Assembly (NCBI GenBank): GCA_963845755.1
Contig: CAWJTV010000025.1
Location: forward strand, 96,001 to 160,000
DNA: 64,000 nt
Direction: 5' to 3'
Origin: an uncultured Planctomycetota bacterium
GTDB lineage: Bacteria; Planctomycetota; Planctomycetia; Isosphaerales; Isosphaeraceae
Shown here: in pieces, positions 24,098-35,048 of the stretch
How positions within the stretch are numbered: the first letter of the stretch is position 1
How the letters are laid out: every line of letters begins with the position of its first letter
The notes under the pieces: generated by a model
Told to the model about the DNA's origin: nothing
What the model saw: the letters and a program-made list of their open reading frames with translations, nothing else
The model's database searches: none
Made by a program: the position numbers and the translations under genes

Positions 24098-24157
24098 AAA
24101 GGAACGAAGAGAAACGCTCCGTGTTCGGCTCCCAGGGGCGCGCCTTGGAACGCTGAC

Positions 24158-27100
24158 TCAGCCCAATCGTGAACCGCGCGAGCGACCCCGCTCGGGCGCC
24201 GCCGGGGCTGTGGCGTCGGGTCGGCGGATAACCGGGACCGCGGGCCGGAGGGGCTCGCCCGCGGGGGCCGGGCCCGTTGAGGAGACGACCGCGGGCGCCG
24301 GCCGGTCCCAGGCCAGGCCGAGATCCGCCAGGCCGTCGGACAGGGCGGCAAGGTCCCAGAGATCCACGTCGCAATTGGTGCCGACGATGGCCAGACGGCG
24401 GCCCGTGGAGTCGAAGGTCAGGTCCCGCAGAGTCCCGGTCCACAACGGGAAGCTCAGCAGCGTCTCGAACGAGATCGCGTCACGCAGCACCACGCGACGG
24501 TCGGCGGCGCCGGTGGCCAGCAGGCGTCCGTCGGGGCTGAGGGCCAGGCAGTCCACGTTGCCGTGGTGCGCGCCGTCGAGACGTGGGCCAGGAGTGAGGT
24601 CGGGGAGCGAAAGGCTGGCGATCGCCCCGCTCCCAAACCCGACCACCAGGCGACTGCGCGCCCGATCGGCCGCAAGCCTCCGGATGCCCCCACCGCCAAG
24701 ATCGACCGTCTTTTCCAGTTCACCGGACTCGAGGTTGAAGAGGAGCACCGCATCCTTGCCGTGAGTCACCAGGCGGCGAGGATGGTCAAGAGTGACGATC
24801 GACCAGACCGCGGAACCCGTCACGAATTGCCGGACGGGGCGGCGGGTGACGAGGTCCCAGAAGACGACGTGACCCACCCGATCGCCGCAGGCGAGCCGCT
24901 CACCCGTCGGATCGAAGGCGAGCGCGTAGACAATGTCAGGCCCGGAGATCCGGTCCCGGACTTGACCCGTGTTCCCGTCCCGGATGCTGACCTCGCGAGG
25001 GTCGGAACTGCCTCGCCAACTCGCCGTGGCCAGGAGGGAGCCGTCCGGGCTGTAGGCCAGGGCCGTGACCGCCCCGGGATTGGGCTCCATCGCGACCGGG
25101 GAGGGGCGGGAAGCGGGCAGGTCCCAGGAGATCAACTCCGCATATCCGGAAGTCGCGATCCGTTCCCGAAGCGGATGTGCTTCCACGGACCTCGACCTCG
25201 ACTCCGGTGGCCGGTCAGCCACTGCTGCACACCGTGCCGGCCCGTGATCCTGTAGAGGAAGAGCGTGTTGCCATAATTCGGGCTCGTCGCGAGATAATCA
25301 CCCGTGGGAGACCACTGCACCCGTAATGCTGGGCCGTCGTTGAAAAGCGTGGCCACGCTCTGCCCGGTCCGTGTCTCCCAGATCCGGGCGGTGTAGTCGA
25401 GGCTCCCGGTGGCGATCCACTCGCCGTCCGGACTGAACGCCACGTCGGCAACCGCTTCATGGTGGCCCCGAAGGGCGCCGAATTGCTCGCGCTTCGCCAC
25501 ATCCCAGAGCACCGTGGTGTGGTCCCGGAACGCGACGGCGAGCAGGGTGCCGTCGGGGCTGAAGGCGAGGGCGGAGGCGCCGCCGTGCCGGCCGAGCACG
25601 AACCGAGGTTCATCCGAGGCGATCGGCTGCAACACGATGTCGGACGTTCTCCTGGCGAGCGAGCCATCGCCCGTCGGGGCTGAGTGCGAAGAGGGAACCG
25701 TCGAAGCTGTCCAGGAGGGCGCCGCTGGCCGCATCGTGGACCGTGATCCCGGCGCCATCGGTCCAGGCCACCGCGATCCGTCGTCCGTCGGCGCTCGATC
25801 GCCAGCTTGGTCGGCCGGCGGGATCCCCGGGTGATCGGGGCGCGGGTCGTGCCGATGCCCTGCGTGTCCGTGAACACGACGCCGTGATCGCGGGTCGCCA
25901 CGGCCAGGCCCTGCCCGTCGGGAAGATACAGCACCTTGTTGAACAGGGACTCATCGACCGTCAAGCCCGTCCACGGAGGACCGGTGAGCACGGCTCGCCA
26001 GGTCCCAGAAGTCGAGGCCCGTCTTGCAGCCGGCGGTGACGAGGGTCCGGCCGTCCGGGCTGAAGGTGAACGAGCCGAGGTCGTCGGACAGGAGCTCAAC
26101 CTGGGCCACGAGGCGAATGTCGGGTGTCGCCAGGGTGGCCGCGGCCTCCGTGCGAAGCTCGGCCAGGTCGCGGCGGGGGGTGGGCATGACGGCGAGTCGC
26201 GCGAGGTCGCCCAGGGCCTCTTCGCGCCAGCCGGGCTGATGCCCGGCCCGCAGCGATCTCGCTTCGCTGAGAACGGCGCGGTAGGTCTCGGCCTGGGCCG
26301 CCGCCCGGGACTTTCGCTCGTCCTGGGCCAGGCGGGCCATGCGGCCCGCGACGAAGAGCGAGGCAAGCGTGGTGAGGACCAGCACGACGGTCAGCCCGGC
26401 GACCAGCACCGCGAGCCCCGGGTGGTGCCGCGCCCAGCGCGGCCGACCGCTCGGCGACCGAAGCCCGCCGCGCCAGGATCGGCTCGTCGTCGAGGAACCG
26501 CCGCAGGTCCTCGGCCATCGCGTCGGCCGTGGCATACCGCTGCTTCGGGTCCTTCTCGATCGCCTTGAGGACGATCGTCTCCAGGTCGCGAGGGATGCGG
26601 GAGTCCAGCGATCGGGGCCGCGCCGGGTCCTCGTTCTTGATCCGTTCGGTCAAGTGGAGCCGGTCGCCCGTGGCGAACGCCGGCCGGAGCGTCAGCAGCT
26701 CGTAAAGGGTCAGCCCCAGGGCGTAGATGTCAACGCGGGCGTCCCCCTCACCCCGGAACCGCTCCGGCGCCATGTAGCGGATCGTCCCCAGGATGTCGCC
26801 GGTGGCAGTCAGGTCGTCGTCCTCGGCCTTGGCCAGGCCGAAGTCGGTGATCCAGACGACGCCCGCGGTGTCCAGCAGCAGGTTCGACGGCTTGATGTCG
26901 CGGTGGACGACGCCGCGCGAATGGGCGTAGGCCAGCCCGTGCGCCACCTGGCGGCCGATCTGCGCCACGCTCCGGAAGTACGGCTGCCGGCCGCGAGTGG
27001 ACTCGACCGTGGATACCGCCGTCCCACCCGGCAGCACCGCCGAACTCAATACGTCGGCCGCCGGTGGAGATCCGGGCGAGCGGAGGGCGTCAGCCGCCTG

Positions 27101-27981
27101 TCGGGTGAGCGACGGCCCGCGAAGACTGGTCGGATGAGCGACGGCCCGCGAAGACAGGGGACTGACGCCCCCCGCTCGCCCTTCCGGAACAGGGACAGGT
27201 GCGGGCGAGCGGGAGGCGTCAGCCCCCTCTCCGGTGAACGACGCCCCTGTAGGACAGGGGGCTGACGCCCCCCGCTCGCCTTCGGGCCCCAGCCGGCCGC
27301 TCAGCAGCGATTCGGCCACTGGCCCGAGCTTCCGGCTTTGCGGGCCGGCCGCTGATGAATGCGTTCTCTCGATGATTTCCCGGGCCTCACCGAGCCCCCC
27401 GACCCGTCGCGTTCGCTCTCATCCGGTTTCCGCTCCGCACCACCGAGCCGCCGCAGCTCGTCGATGACCTGCTCGAGCCCCTGGCCCTGGATGAACTGCA
27501 TGGTGTAGAAGGCGACCTCACCCTCCTGCCCGACCTCGAAGACCGGCACGATGTTGGTGTGGTGCAGCCGCGCCGCGGCCTTCGCCTCGCGTCGGAACCG
27601 TTGGAGGGCCTTGGGGTCGCCAACCACGTGTCGGGGCAGGACTTTCAAGGCCACGTGGCGACCCAGCGAGAGCTGCTCGGCCTCGTAGACGACCCCCATG
27701 CCGCCCCGGCCGATCTCGCGCACGATCCGGTAATCGCCAAGCTCTTCGAGACGCGGGACGGCAGGCTGCTTCTTCCGGAGCGCGTCCTCGCGGGCGTCTT
27801 CCTCGACCTGTTCGACCTCGACCAGGGCCGGGAACATCTCCCGGATCTCATCGGCCATCGCCGGCAGGCGGTCGACGTACTCCTGCAGCCTCGGCCGCTC
27901 GCCCCGGCGATACCGCTCGGCGAACTCCTCGGCCAGCTCGTCGAACCGGCCGTAGTCGCACGTACCGAATTCCGTCGACAT
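24158..27981 (-). CDS. Ser/Thr protein kinase with TM helix and WD40 repeats (unit 3; multiple frameshifts)
   Basis: [81 protein letters not shown], and FSPDG/WD repeats distributed over consecutive ORFs. Confidence 0.88.
27074..27280. repeat. Two tandem copies of the GGCGAGCGG...CGTCAGCC palindrome inside kinase 3
   Basis: Hairpins at 27074-27181 and 27203-27280, read in frame as GERGASAPC...GADASRSP...AADALRSP. Confidence 0.8.
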
Positions 27982-27983
27982 CC

Positions 27984-28200
27984 TCAGCGACCCTCCCCGC
28001 CACCTGGCATCGTGGCCAATATCTCTCTGAGAGTCTGTTCCGGAAGGGCGCGGCGGGGGGCGTTAGCCCCCTGTCTTGGAGGTACGTCGCACACCGGGCA
28101 TGGGGCAGACGCCCCCCGCTCGCCCGGACCTGCCCATCGGGAACAGACTCTGAGTGGCTTCAGGGCACAACAGCAGCACTTCGCTCCGTATGATGGATGA
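27984..28200 (-). pseudogene. 3' remnant of ECF sigma factor gene
   Basis: Removing the 28031-28150 element and one TGA gives GAKCCCCALKPLREILATMPGGGEGR*, which aligns with [26 protein letters not shown]. Same 2-nt spacing to the kinase ATG. Confidence 0.7.
28031..28150. mobile_element. 120-bp MITE-like element with 3-bp TGA target duplication
   Basis: TGA-GAGTCTGTTCC...GGAACAGACTC-TGA; internal palindrome as in the kinase copies. Confidence 0.8.
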
Positions 28201-28571
28201 TAGCCATCGCGGGAGAATCCCCGCAACAGCCGAGCCGCCGACCGGCGCACTGGACGGGTCCAGAGAATCGACGGGGCGGGAGAGTCGGCCGGGCCGGTTT
28301 GATGCGGCTTGTAATCCTCGAATCAGCAACTGTCCGAATGCGTTTCGACTCCGTCTGACGAGGCGGACCCCTTCATCATCGGTTCTGCCTCCGCGCCATC
28401 CAGGTCGAAGCAGAGCGCGGATTGGATCACGGACGCGATGCATCGTCCGGTCGCAATTCACCTGATCCATCGGACAAGATCGAAAACCTGACATACCGTT
28501 GTGGTATGAGGGGTGGCGATGTGCCGCTCGGATGGGGCCGCCTCGATCCTCTGGCATCAGCGGGGAAGGAA

Positions 28572-29051
28572 ATGAGCGATCCTGCTGCGCGCGTCGCCGA
28601 TCAACCGACGAATCCGAGCGAGGTGTTGGTGAGCAGGCTGAGCGGCGGGTCCCCTCTCAAGGGCACGCTCTCCGGCCTCGGAAACGCCGGTGCCCGCGTG
28701 ATTCTCGATCGCCCGCTGGATAGCGGCGAAGTGATCCGGCTGACCTTTCCCCGCAAGCCCGGGGAGACCCGCCACCGAGGCCGGATGATCATCGGCCAGG
28801 TGCTACATTCCCGGTACGAGTCCGGACATCATATCGTCGGAGTCGCCTTCGGCTGGTCTACGGGCTTCAAGAGAAAACCGAGTAAACGGTCCGCGAGTCC
28901 GTTCAATCACGGGTTGTGGTCCTGGTTGTGTGACTATTTCGTCAAGGTGAAGTCGCGAAGCCCGGCTCGCTGCCATCAGGCTCGGTCTCAACAATCGTAT
29001 GGGGCGGTCCCCCGGTCGGGCGATCCCTCGAGCGCATCGCCGATGGCCTGA
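28572..29051 (+). CDS. Small PilZ-like domain protein
   Basis: GGAAGGA before ATG; GTLSGLGNAGARV...PLDSGEVIRLTF...GQVLHSR...HIVGVAF resembles the PilZ beta-barrel pattern but lacks a clear RxxxR. Confidence 0.5.
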   Translation: MSDPAARVADQPTNPSEVLVSRLSGGSPLKGTLSGLGNAGARVILDRPLDSGEVIRLTFPRKPGETRHRGRMIIGQVLHSRYESGHHIVGVAFGWSTGFKRKPSKRSASPFNHGLWSWLCDYFVKVKSRSPARCHQARSQQSYGAVPRSGDPSSASPMA

Positions 29052-29865
29052 TTGCGAGGCGCTCGGGGCTTTCTAACGCACCCGCAAGAACTCCCGATCC
29101 ACGACCACCCACGGCACCGACAGCCTTCTGCCTTTTCGCAGCGGCCGCCACCAGGTCGATCGCCCCTGGCAGTCCCATTCCCCGCCCATCGCCGTCCCTA
29201 TGGGCTTGGGCGGCCGATCCGGGTCGGGCTCCTTCCGCCGGTTAGCACGGGACTACGAGCGCCATAGCGAGCCTCTGGAGCGTCTGCACGATAAGGCTGC
29301 TCCCCATTCTTGCCGGAGTTCATCATTGCCGGCGGCAGGCTGCCGCGACCGCAGCATGGTCGCGGACCTCTGATGGGGAACCGCGTCAGCCCGTCCGCTG
29401 GAAGCTCGCGTATCACCGGAAATGCGGCGCGGCAGACCTGAAAACACTCCCATTGGCAAAAGAGCCGGCATGGATGCAATTATGTTAAGTTCGCCGGTAA
29501 CAGACAACGATTCTTCGAGGATCCTTGGCATTACCGGTTCCGGTTGCACCACTCCCGGGCCATGAGTGAATCCCGGCGCGAGATATGCCCTCTTTCGGAA
29601 CGATACGCCGACCGGGTTCAATGGGATGGCCGTCGCTCCAGGGCAACCCCTCTCCCACGCCGTGCGTCGGCACGATCGGACCGGACCATCGTGCGTAGAC
29701 GAACCGGTCAGCCCATCGCGGTCGCGACGATCGGGCCTCTCCGTTCGCGGCGGCCGTCGCATCGGCCCATCCCGACCGGAAGGTCCCCGAGACCGGCCTG
29801 CGTCAGCATCGGGGCCGGCAGCCGCATCGGGGAAATCGAATCGCAGAGAAGGGAGATGATCGCCC

Positions 29866-30738
29866 ATGTTGATCCGGATCGGATTCGAGATGGTGTTCGA
29901 GGTTCCGGCGCCTGCCGCGATGCTGCTCATGTTGGGGCTCCGGCCCGAGCGCGAGGGATCGATCCGACGCCCCGGCGGGCTGAGCGTCGAACCGGACGTC
30001 CCCCTCCAGTGGTACACCGACGGCTTCGGCAACCGTCCGGCGCGACTGCTTGCGCCGAACGGTCCGTTGATCCTCCGGGATGACCTGATCGTCGAGGACG
30101 ACGGGCAGCCCGACCCCGTCGCCTCGGATGCGAAGCAGATCCCGGTCCAGGACCTGCCTCCCGACGTCCTGGTCTTCCTGCTCTCCAGTCGATACTGCGA
30201 GGTTGACCGCCTCTCGGACACCGCCTGGCGCCTCTTCGGGGGCACGCCCGAGGGCTGGGCCCGCGTCCAGGCGATCTGCGACTGGGTGCATGGCAACGTC
30301 CGGTTCGACTATCAGTCCGCGCGCCCGACCAAGACGGCTCATGATGCCTATGAGGAGCGAGCTGGAGTCTGCCGCGATTTCAGCCACCTGGCGCTGACGT
30401 TCTGCCGATGTCTGAACATCCCGGCCCGGTACGCGACCGGTTACCTCGGTGACATCGGCATCCCGCCCCAGCCCTATCCGATGGACTTCAGCGGCTGGTT
30501 CGAAGCCTATCTGGACGGCCGCTGGTTCACCTTCGACGCCCGCCACAACGTCCCCCGGATCGGCCGGATCCTGATGGCCCACGGTCGCGATGCGGCGGAC
30601 GTCGCGCTGACCACGACGTTCGGGACGTCCCGGCTGGACAGGTTCGCCGTCTGGACCGACGAGGTCTCCGACCGCGAGCTCGGCGACATGCAGGAGCGTC
30701 GCACCCCGGTCGGCTGGAATGCGACGTCCCAGGTCTGA
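29866..30738 (+). CDS. Transglutaminase-like superfamily protein
   Basis: GVCRDFSHLALTFCRCLNIPARYATGYLGD...WFEAYLDGRWFTFDAR...GRDAADVA. Confidence 0.92.
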   Translation: MLIRIGFEMVFEVPAPAAMLLMLGLRPEREGSIRRPGGLSVEPDVPLQWYTDGFGNRPARLLAPNGPLILRDDLIVEDDGQPDPVASDAKQIPVQDLPPDVLVFLLSSRYCEVDRLSDTAWRLFGGTPEGWARVQAICDWVHGNVRFDYQSARPTKTAHDAYEERAGVCRDFSHLALTFCRCLNIPARYATGYLGDIGIPPQPYPMDFSGWFEAYLDGRWFTFDARHNVPRIGRILMAHGRDAADVALTTTFGTSRLDRFAVWTDEVSDRELGDMQERRTPVGWNATSQV

Positions 30739-30882
30739 TCGCCTCGCCCCCGGGAGCGGCGATCGGGTATCATGGGGATCTCACTCACTCGGCCGGGTGG
30801 GCCGGCGGCTTTGGCACCAAGACGGGTGTCCCGCCCGGCCCGCCGGTTCGGTCCATCGGAAGCGGACGGGGGCTGTCTCACG

Positions 30883-31649
30883 ATGACGTATTGCCTGGGG
30901 ATCAAGACGAAAGACGGCCTGGTCCTGGCCTCGGACTCTCGATCGAATTCGGGGGCCGACCAGGTGAATGTCTGTCGCAAGATGCACACCTTCGTGCGCA
31001 CCGGGGAGCGGCTCTTCATCCTGCTGACCAGCGGGAGCCTGTCCTGCTCCCAATCGGTCATCACCCTGCTCGGGCGCGACTTCGACCAGGGGCTCGGCCT
31101 GGCCTCCGCCGAGACCTTCTACGACGCCGCCCGCGTCGTGGGCGACCGGATCCGCCGCGTGGCCGAACTCGACCGCCAGGCCCTCGAGCAGGACAAGTTT
31201 TCGTTCAACGTCCACGTGATCCTCGCCGGGCAGATCCGTGGCCAGGCCCATGATCTCTATTTGATCTACCCCCAGGGCAATCCCTTGCGGGCCACGGAGG
31301 ACTCGCCATTCCTCCAGATCGGCGAGTGCAAGTACGGGCGGCCTATCCTGGACCGGGGAGTCCGCTACGACGGCACGACGCTGGACGACGCGGCCCGCTA
31401 TGCGCTCATCTCGCTCGACTCGACCATGCGCTCCAACGTGACGGTCGGTCCCCCGATCGACCTGCTGGTTTACGGCCGCGACGCCCTCCGGATCACGCCG
31501 CCATCGGCGATTCCACGCCAAGGACCCCGATCTCCTCGCGATCCAGACCCACTGGGAGCAGGCGCTGACGGAAGGCCGTCCAGGAACTGCCTCCCATCGA
31601 ATTCGGGGAGTCCGGCCTCACCGACCGACCCTCGGACCCGCTTCGCTGA
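30883..31649 (+). CDS. Proteasome-type protease (Anbu family); frameshifted near 3' end
   Basis: MTYCLGIKTKDGLVLASDSRSNSG N-terminal Thr nucleophile; YLIYPQGN, QIGECKYGRPILDR, DSTMRSNVTVGPPID. Confidence 0.9.
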
Positions 31650-31789
31650 CGCCTCCGCCCGCTTCGCCCGTGGCGGGACCCGACGAAGCGGATCCGGATC
31701 GACGACTGACTTTAAAGACGATCCGAAGAACTGAGTAGGGTGGGTGAAACCCACCAGGATCGAGCGACTTCTTGGTGGGTTTCACCCAC

Positions 31790-33445
31790 CTACCCCTTCC
31801 AACATGCAAACTCGTTATAATCAAACTCTTGATGCCATGTGGGTTGCGCCTCACCCCGCTCTGGGCGGGCACATCCCCTTGGCCTCGTCCAGTAGCTTCT
31901 TGGTGGCCAAATGATGGTTTCGGTCCCCCTTGCTCCGATGCGGTTTCTTCTTCTTCGGCCCGCGTCGTACCCGGAGCATCCACTCCACCGACATCCGAGC
32001 CGCCAACTCGTTGAGCAAATCCGCCACCTCCTGCACCGGGCGATCGCTCAGCTCCGGCCACAGTCGCGGCGGGACCGCCGTCATCATCCCCGGGTAGATC
32101 CGCGCCACCTCGGTGACCACGGCATGATTCGACACTTCTGCGGCCATCTCCCGGCCGTGCTCCGCCCGCAGGCCGCCCTTGAGCACCGCCAGGGCGTTGC
32201 CGGCCACGGCCGACATCCCGAAGCCGAACAGTGCCGCGCGCGGGTAGCCCAGCGTGGGGATCTCGCAATTCAGCAGGTCGGTCAGCACCTGGAAATGGCC
32301 CTCGATCCCCCAGCGGCCCCGGTACGCGGCGCAGCAGTCGATCGCCGAGACATCCTCGGGCAGGTTGGTCACCAGGATGATCTCCGTCTCCCCCTCCCGC
32401 GTCGGCTCGTCCAATTCCAGGATGATCAGCCGCAGGCGATGCGCCGCCCCGGGCGTCTCGGGATCGTCCACGAGGATCGGCTGCTCGTGGACCTTGCCGG
32501 TCGGGCAGCGCCCCCGCGACTGCCGCGGCCCGGCTGGTTCGTAGGGCAACGTCGTTTGGTGCCGCCGTGCCAGGAAGGACCCGCCGGCTCGCGCGATGCG
32601 GAACAAGAAGGTGCGGACGCACAAGTTGCGGTCGAGGATCCACAGCTCGCCGGCCGAGACGGGGACTTCCTTGAGCAGGTTGCGCTCCTGGGCGTGGGCG
32701 TTCTCCTCCAGGATCAGATCGGTGATCAAGCCGCTGGCCGGCTCGTAGATCGCCAGCGACTTGCCGGGCAGACAGGCCGACCAGGTGGTCCGCGTCGGGG
32801 TCAGGCGATGGTCGGTCCCGGCCAGGACGTTGCCGTCGAGGATGCGGGCGGCAGTAGCCGGGGATCGGCTCCGGCAGCAGGCCCCCGCCGCCTTCGATCA
32901 GGGCGCGGCAGCGGATCGCCGTGTGGCGGACGACCGCGGCGGTGATGGCCGGGCTCAGGCGATTGAGCTTGCCGTAGAAGGCCGAGAGCGAGGCGATCAG
33001 TTGGAGCTGGCGCCCCAGGAACGCCGAGCGGGTGGAGGGGTTGAACCCACAGACGACGTCGAGCATGACCAACACGAGGTGCTCGAGGGTAAACTCGCGG
33101 CAGTATTCGCCCTCGGCGGACTGCTCGAAGAGGAGGTCGAAGGGGGTGCCCTGGAGGAGCCAATCCAGGGTGATACGGGTCATCACGGTGGCCGGGGACT
33201 CCTGAATGCAGGGATTGAGGATGGCCGGGAGGTCCGCGATGAGTGGAGGGGCAGGGTCGAGGAGATCCAGCCGGGCGGCGGGGCGCGGGGGTGGCACCAC
33301 CGGCTGGGAGGTCCGTCCGCAGCGCTTCGTCGGCCCATCGAGATCAATCAGCCTGGGAGACATAGGTAGCCCTCCGTGATCGGGAACGAAAACCATCCCA
33401 GCCAAAGAGGTTATAATAATTAACTCAGCATGTTGGAAGGGGTAG
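31790..33445 (-). mobile_element. IS4-family insertion sequence, 1656 bp
   Basis: Perfect 18-bp TIR CTACCCCTTCCAACATGC / GCATGTTGGAAGGGGTAG; 10-bp direct repeat TTTCACCCAC on both sides. Confidence 0.92.
31851..33363 (-). CDS. IS4-family DDE transposase (frameshift ~32855)
   Basis: RILDGNVL, WILDRNL, ILVTNLP, YRGRWGIEGHF (Y-x2-R-x3-E IS4 signature). Confidence 0.88.
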
Positions 33446-33535
33446 TTTCACCCACCCTACAAAGGCCGGACCCCGTTCTCGGACAGTATCTTATCTCTCA
33501 TGGCGTTCCACCGTGGCGGATATACGGTCCGCGGC

Positions 33536-35042
33536 TCAAGGGGCCTCTCGTGGCGCCGCTCCGTTCGCCGGCCGTTCCCCGGACTTCCAGAGCCGGCCCT
33601 TGAGCTGTGGGAACAGGGCCAGGGCATTCTCGCGGAGGATCTGACGTCCGATCCGGACGGCGTGGACCTCGGCCAGGTCGCCCCGCGTTACCTTCTCGGC
33701 GAGCACCTCCGCGAGCACGGCGCGCGTCGTAACGGTCGCGCCATAGATCCCCTCCGCATGGTTGCAGTCGGCCCCCCAGAGGATCCGGTCCGACGGCATG
33801 ACCTCCAGCCACTCGTGGAGGGCCCGTCGGGCCATCGTCGGGCTGATCGTCGGCAGCCAGACCGAGTTCGACCCAGACGTGCCCTCCGTGCCGGAGGACG
33901 ATCGCACCCGTCTCGCCCACCCACGGGTAGCCGCCGTGGAACAGGATGAACTTCGTCTTCGGGTTGGCCTCGATCAGGTCCAGGAGCAACAGCGGATTGG
34001 ACCCCTGGAGCTTGCCATGGCCGGTGTGGATCTGGAACGGCAGGTCGTGCGTGGCGCTGAGGCCGACCAGCCGCCACATGATGAAGTCCTGAAAGTCCTT
34101 CACGTCCTGCGGAGTGAGCTCGCCCCGGGGCGCGCCGAAGACCCGCGCGGCCCGCTCCTTCGGGATCTCTTCGAACCGCAGCGTCCGCTCATAGGCCCTG
34201 GTCGTCTTGAGGCAGACGGCGCCCTTGGACTTGGCCTCGCGGAACAGCCGGTCGAGGACCGTGAGGTAGTCGTCGAGCGTCGCCGTCCCGAGGCCTTGTG
34301 CGCGTGCGAACCGGTAGGGATCGTCGGAGGGCTGCTTGAACTCGGAGGGGTGGAACCCGTCGAGGAGGGTCGTGACGTTGAAGACCAGGACCTCGAACGA
34401 GTAATGGGTGCGGAAGTCGAACCGCGCCCCAGTACGGGTCATTGAGCATCAGCTCGATGTTGGCCCGATCGGTGACGACCTGGCGGACCCAGCGATCGTC
34501 GCGGTAATTCTCGAAGACTCGGGCGTCGAGGGCCTTGGCCTGCTCGTCCGTGATCCGGTCGAAGTCGACGCCGTAGAGGTCGCGGAAGGCGGGGAGTTGG
34601 TAGCGGTAGAAGCCGGTGGCGCGGGCGTTGTCGAAGTCGTGCCGGGCGCGGGCCCACCAGGGGTCGAACGGCTCGCCGGGCTGCCGGACGGTCAGCCGGC
34701 CGACCTGTGGGTAATAGCTATTCCTCCAGAGTCCAAACAGGGTCATCCCCCGGCCGCGGTCGGTCTCCATCAAGCCGGGGAGCCTCTCGAACGGCCAGAG
34801 GTGGTCGTGCGTGTCGATGGCGGGCACGGCGTCGAGTCGCGGCCTTGAGCCGAAGGTAGGTGTCGGATCCGACGACCGACTGGCCTTGCACCGGCGCGCC
34901 ACCGCAGGCCGCGAGCCAGACCCATCCGATGAGGAGCCATCGCCATGGATTCAGGATGAGGTCACGCGATCGCGAGAAGAGTCCCTCCGCTCGCCCGATC
35001 CCCGAATGGATCCTGTTGTCCGGTTCGGCCCACATGAACATG
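33536..35042 (-). CDS. Amidohydrolase family protein, probably secreted (frameshifted; start uncertain)
   Basis: IDTHDH, PFQIHTG, FILFHGGYPW and RILWGAD spread over three consecutive ORFs; hydrophobic signal-like N-terminus. Confidence 0.8.
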
Positions 35043-35048
35043 GTTCCC

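Larger units (their letters stand above)
31735..33460. repeat. GTAG-family REP doublet split by the IS4 insertion
   Basis: GTAGGGTGGGTGAAACCCACC (31735-31755) ... GGTGGGTTTCACCCAC | IS | TTTCACCCACCCTAC (ends 33460). Confidence 0.85.

Noticed and set aside
29052..29860. Short ORFs and possible sigma-54 site before the transglutaminase
   Set aside because: No recognisable protein motifs, and the GG-N10-GC spacing is not met at the candidates checked.
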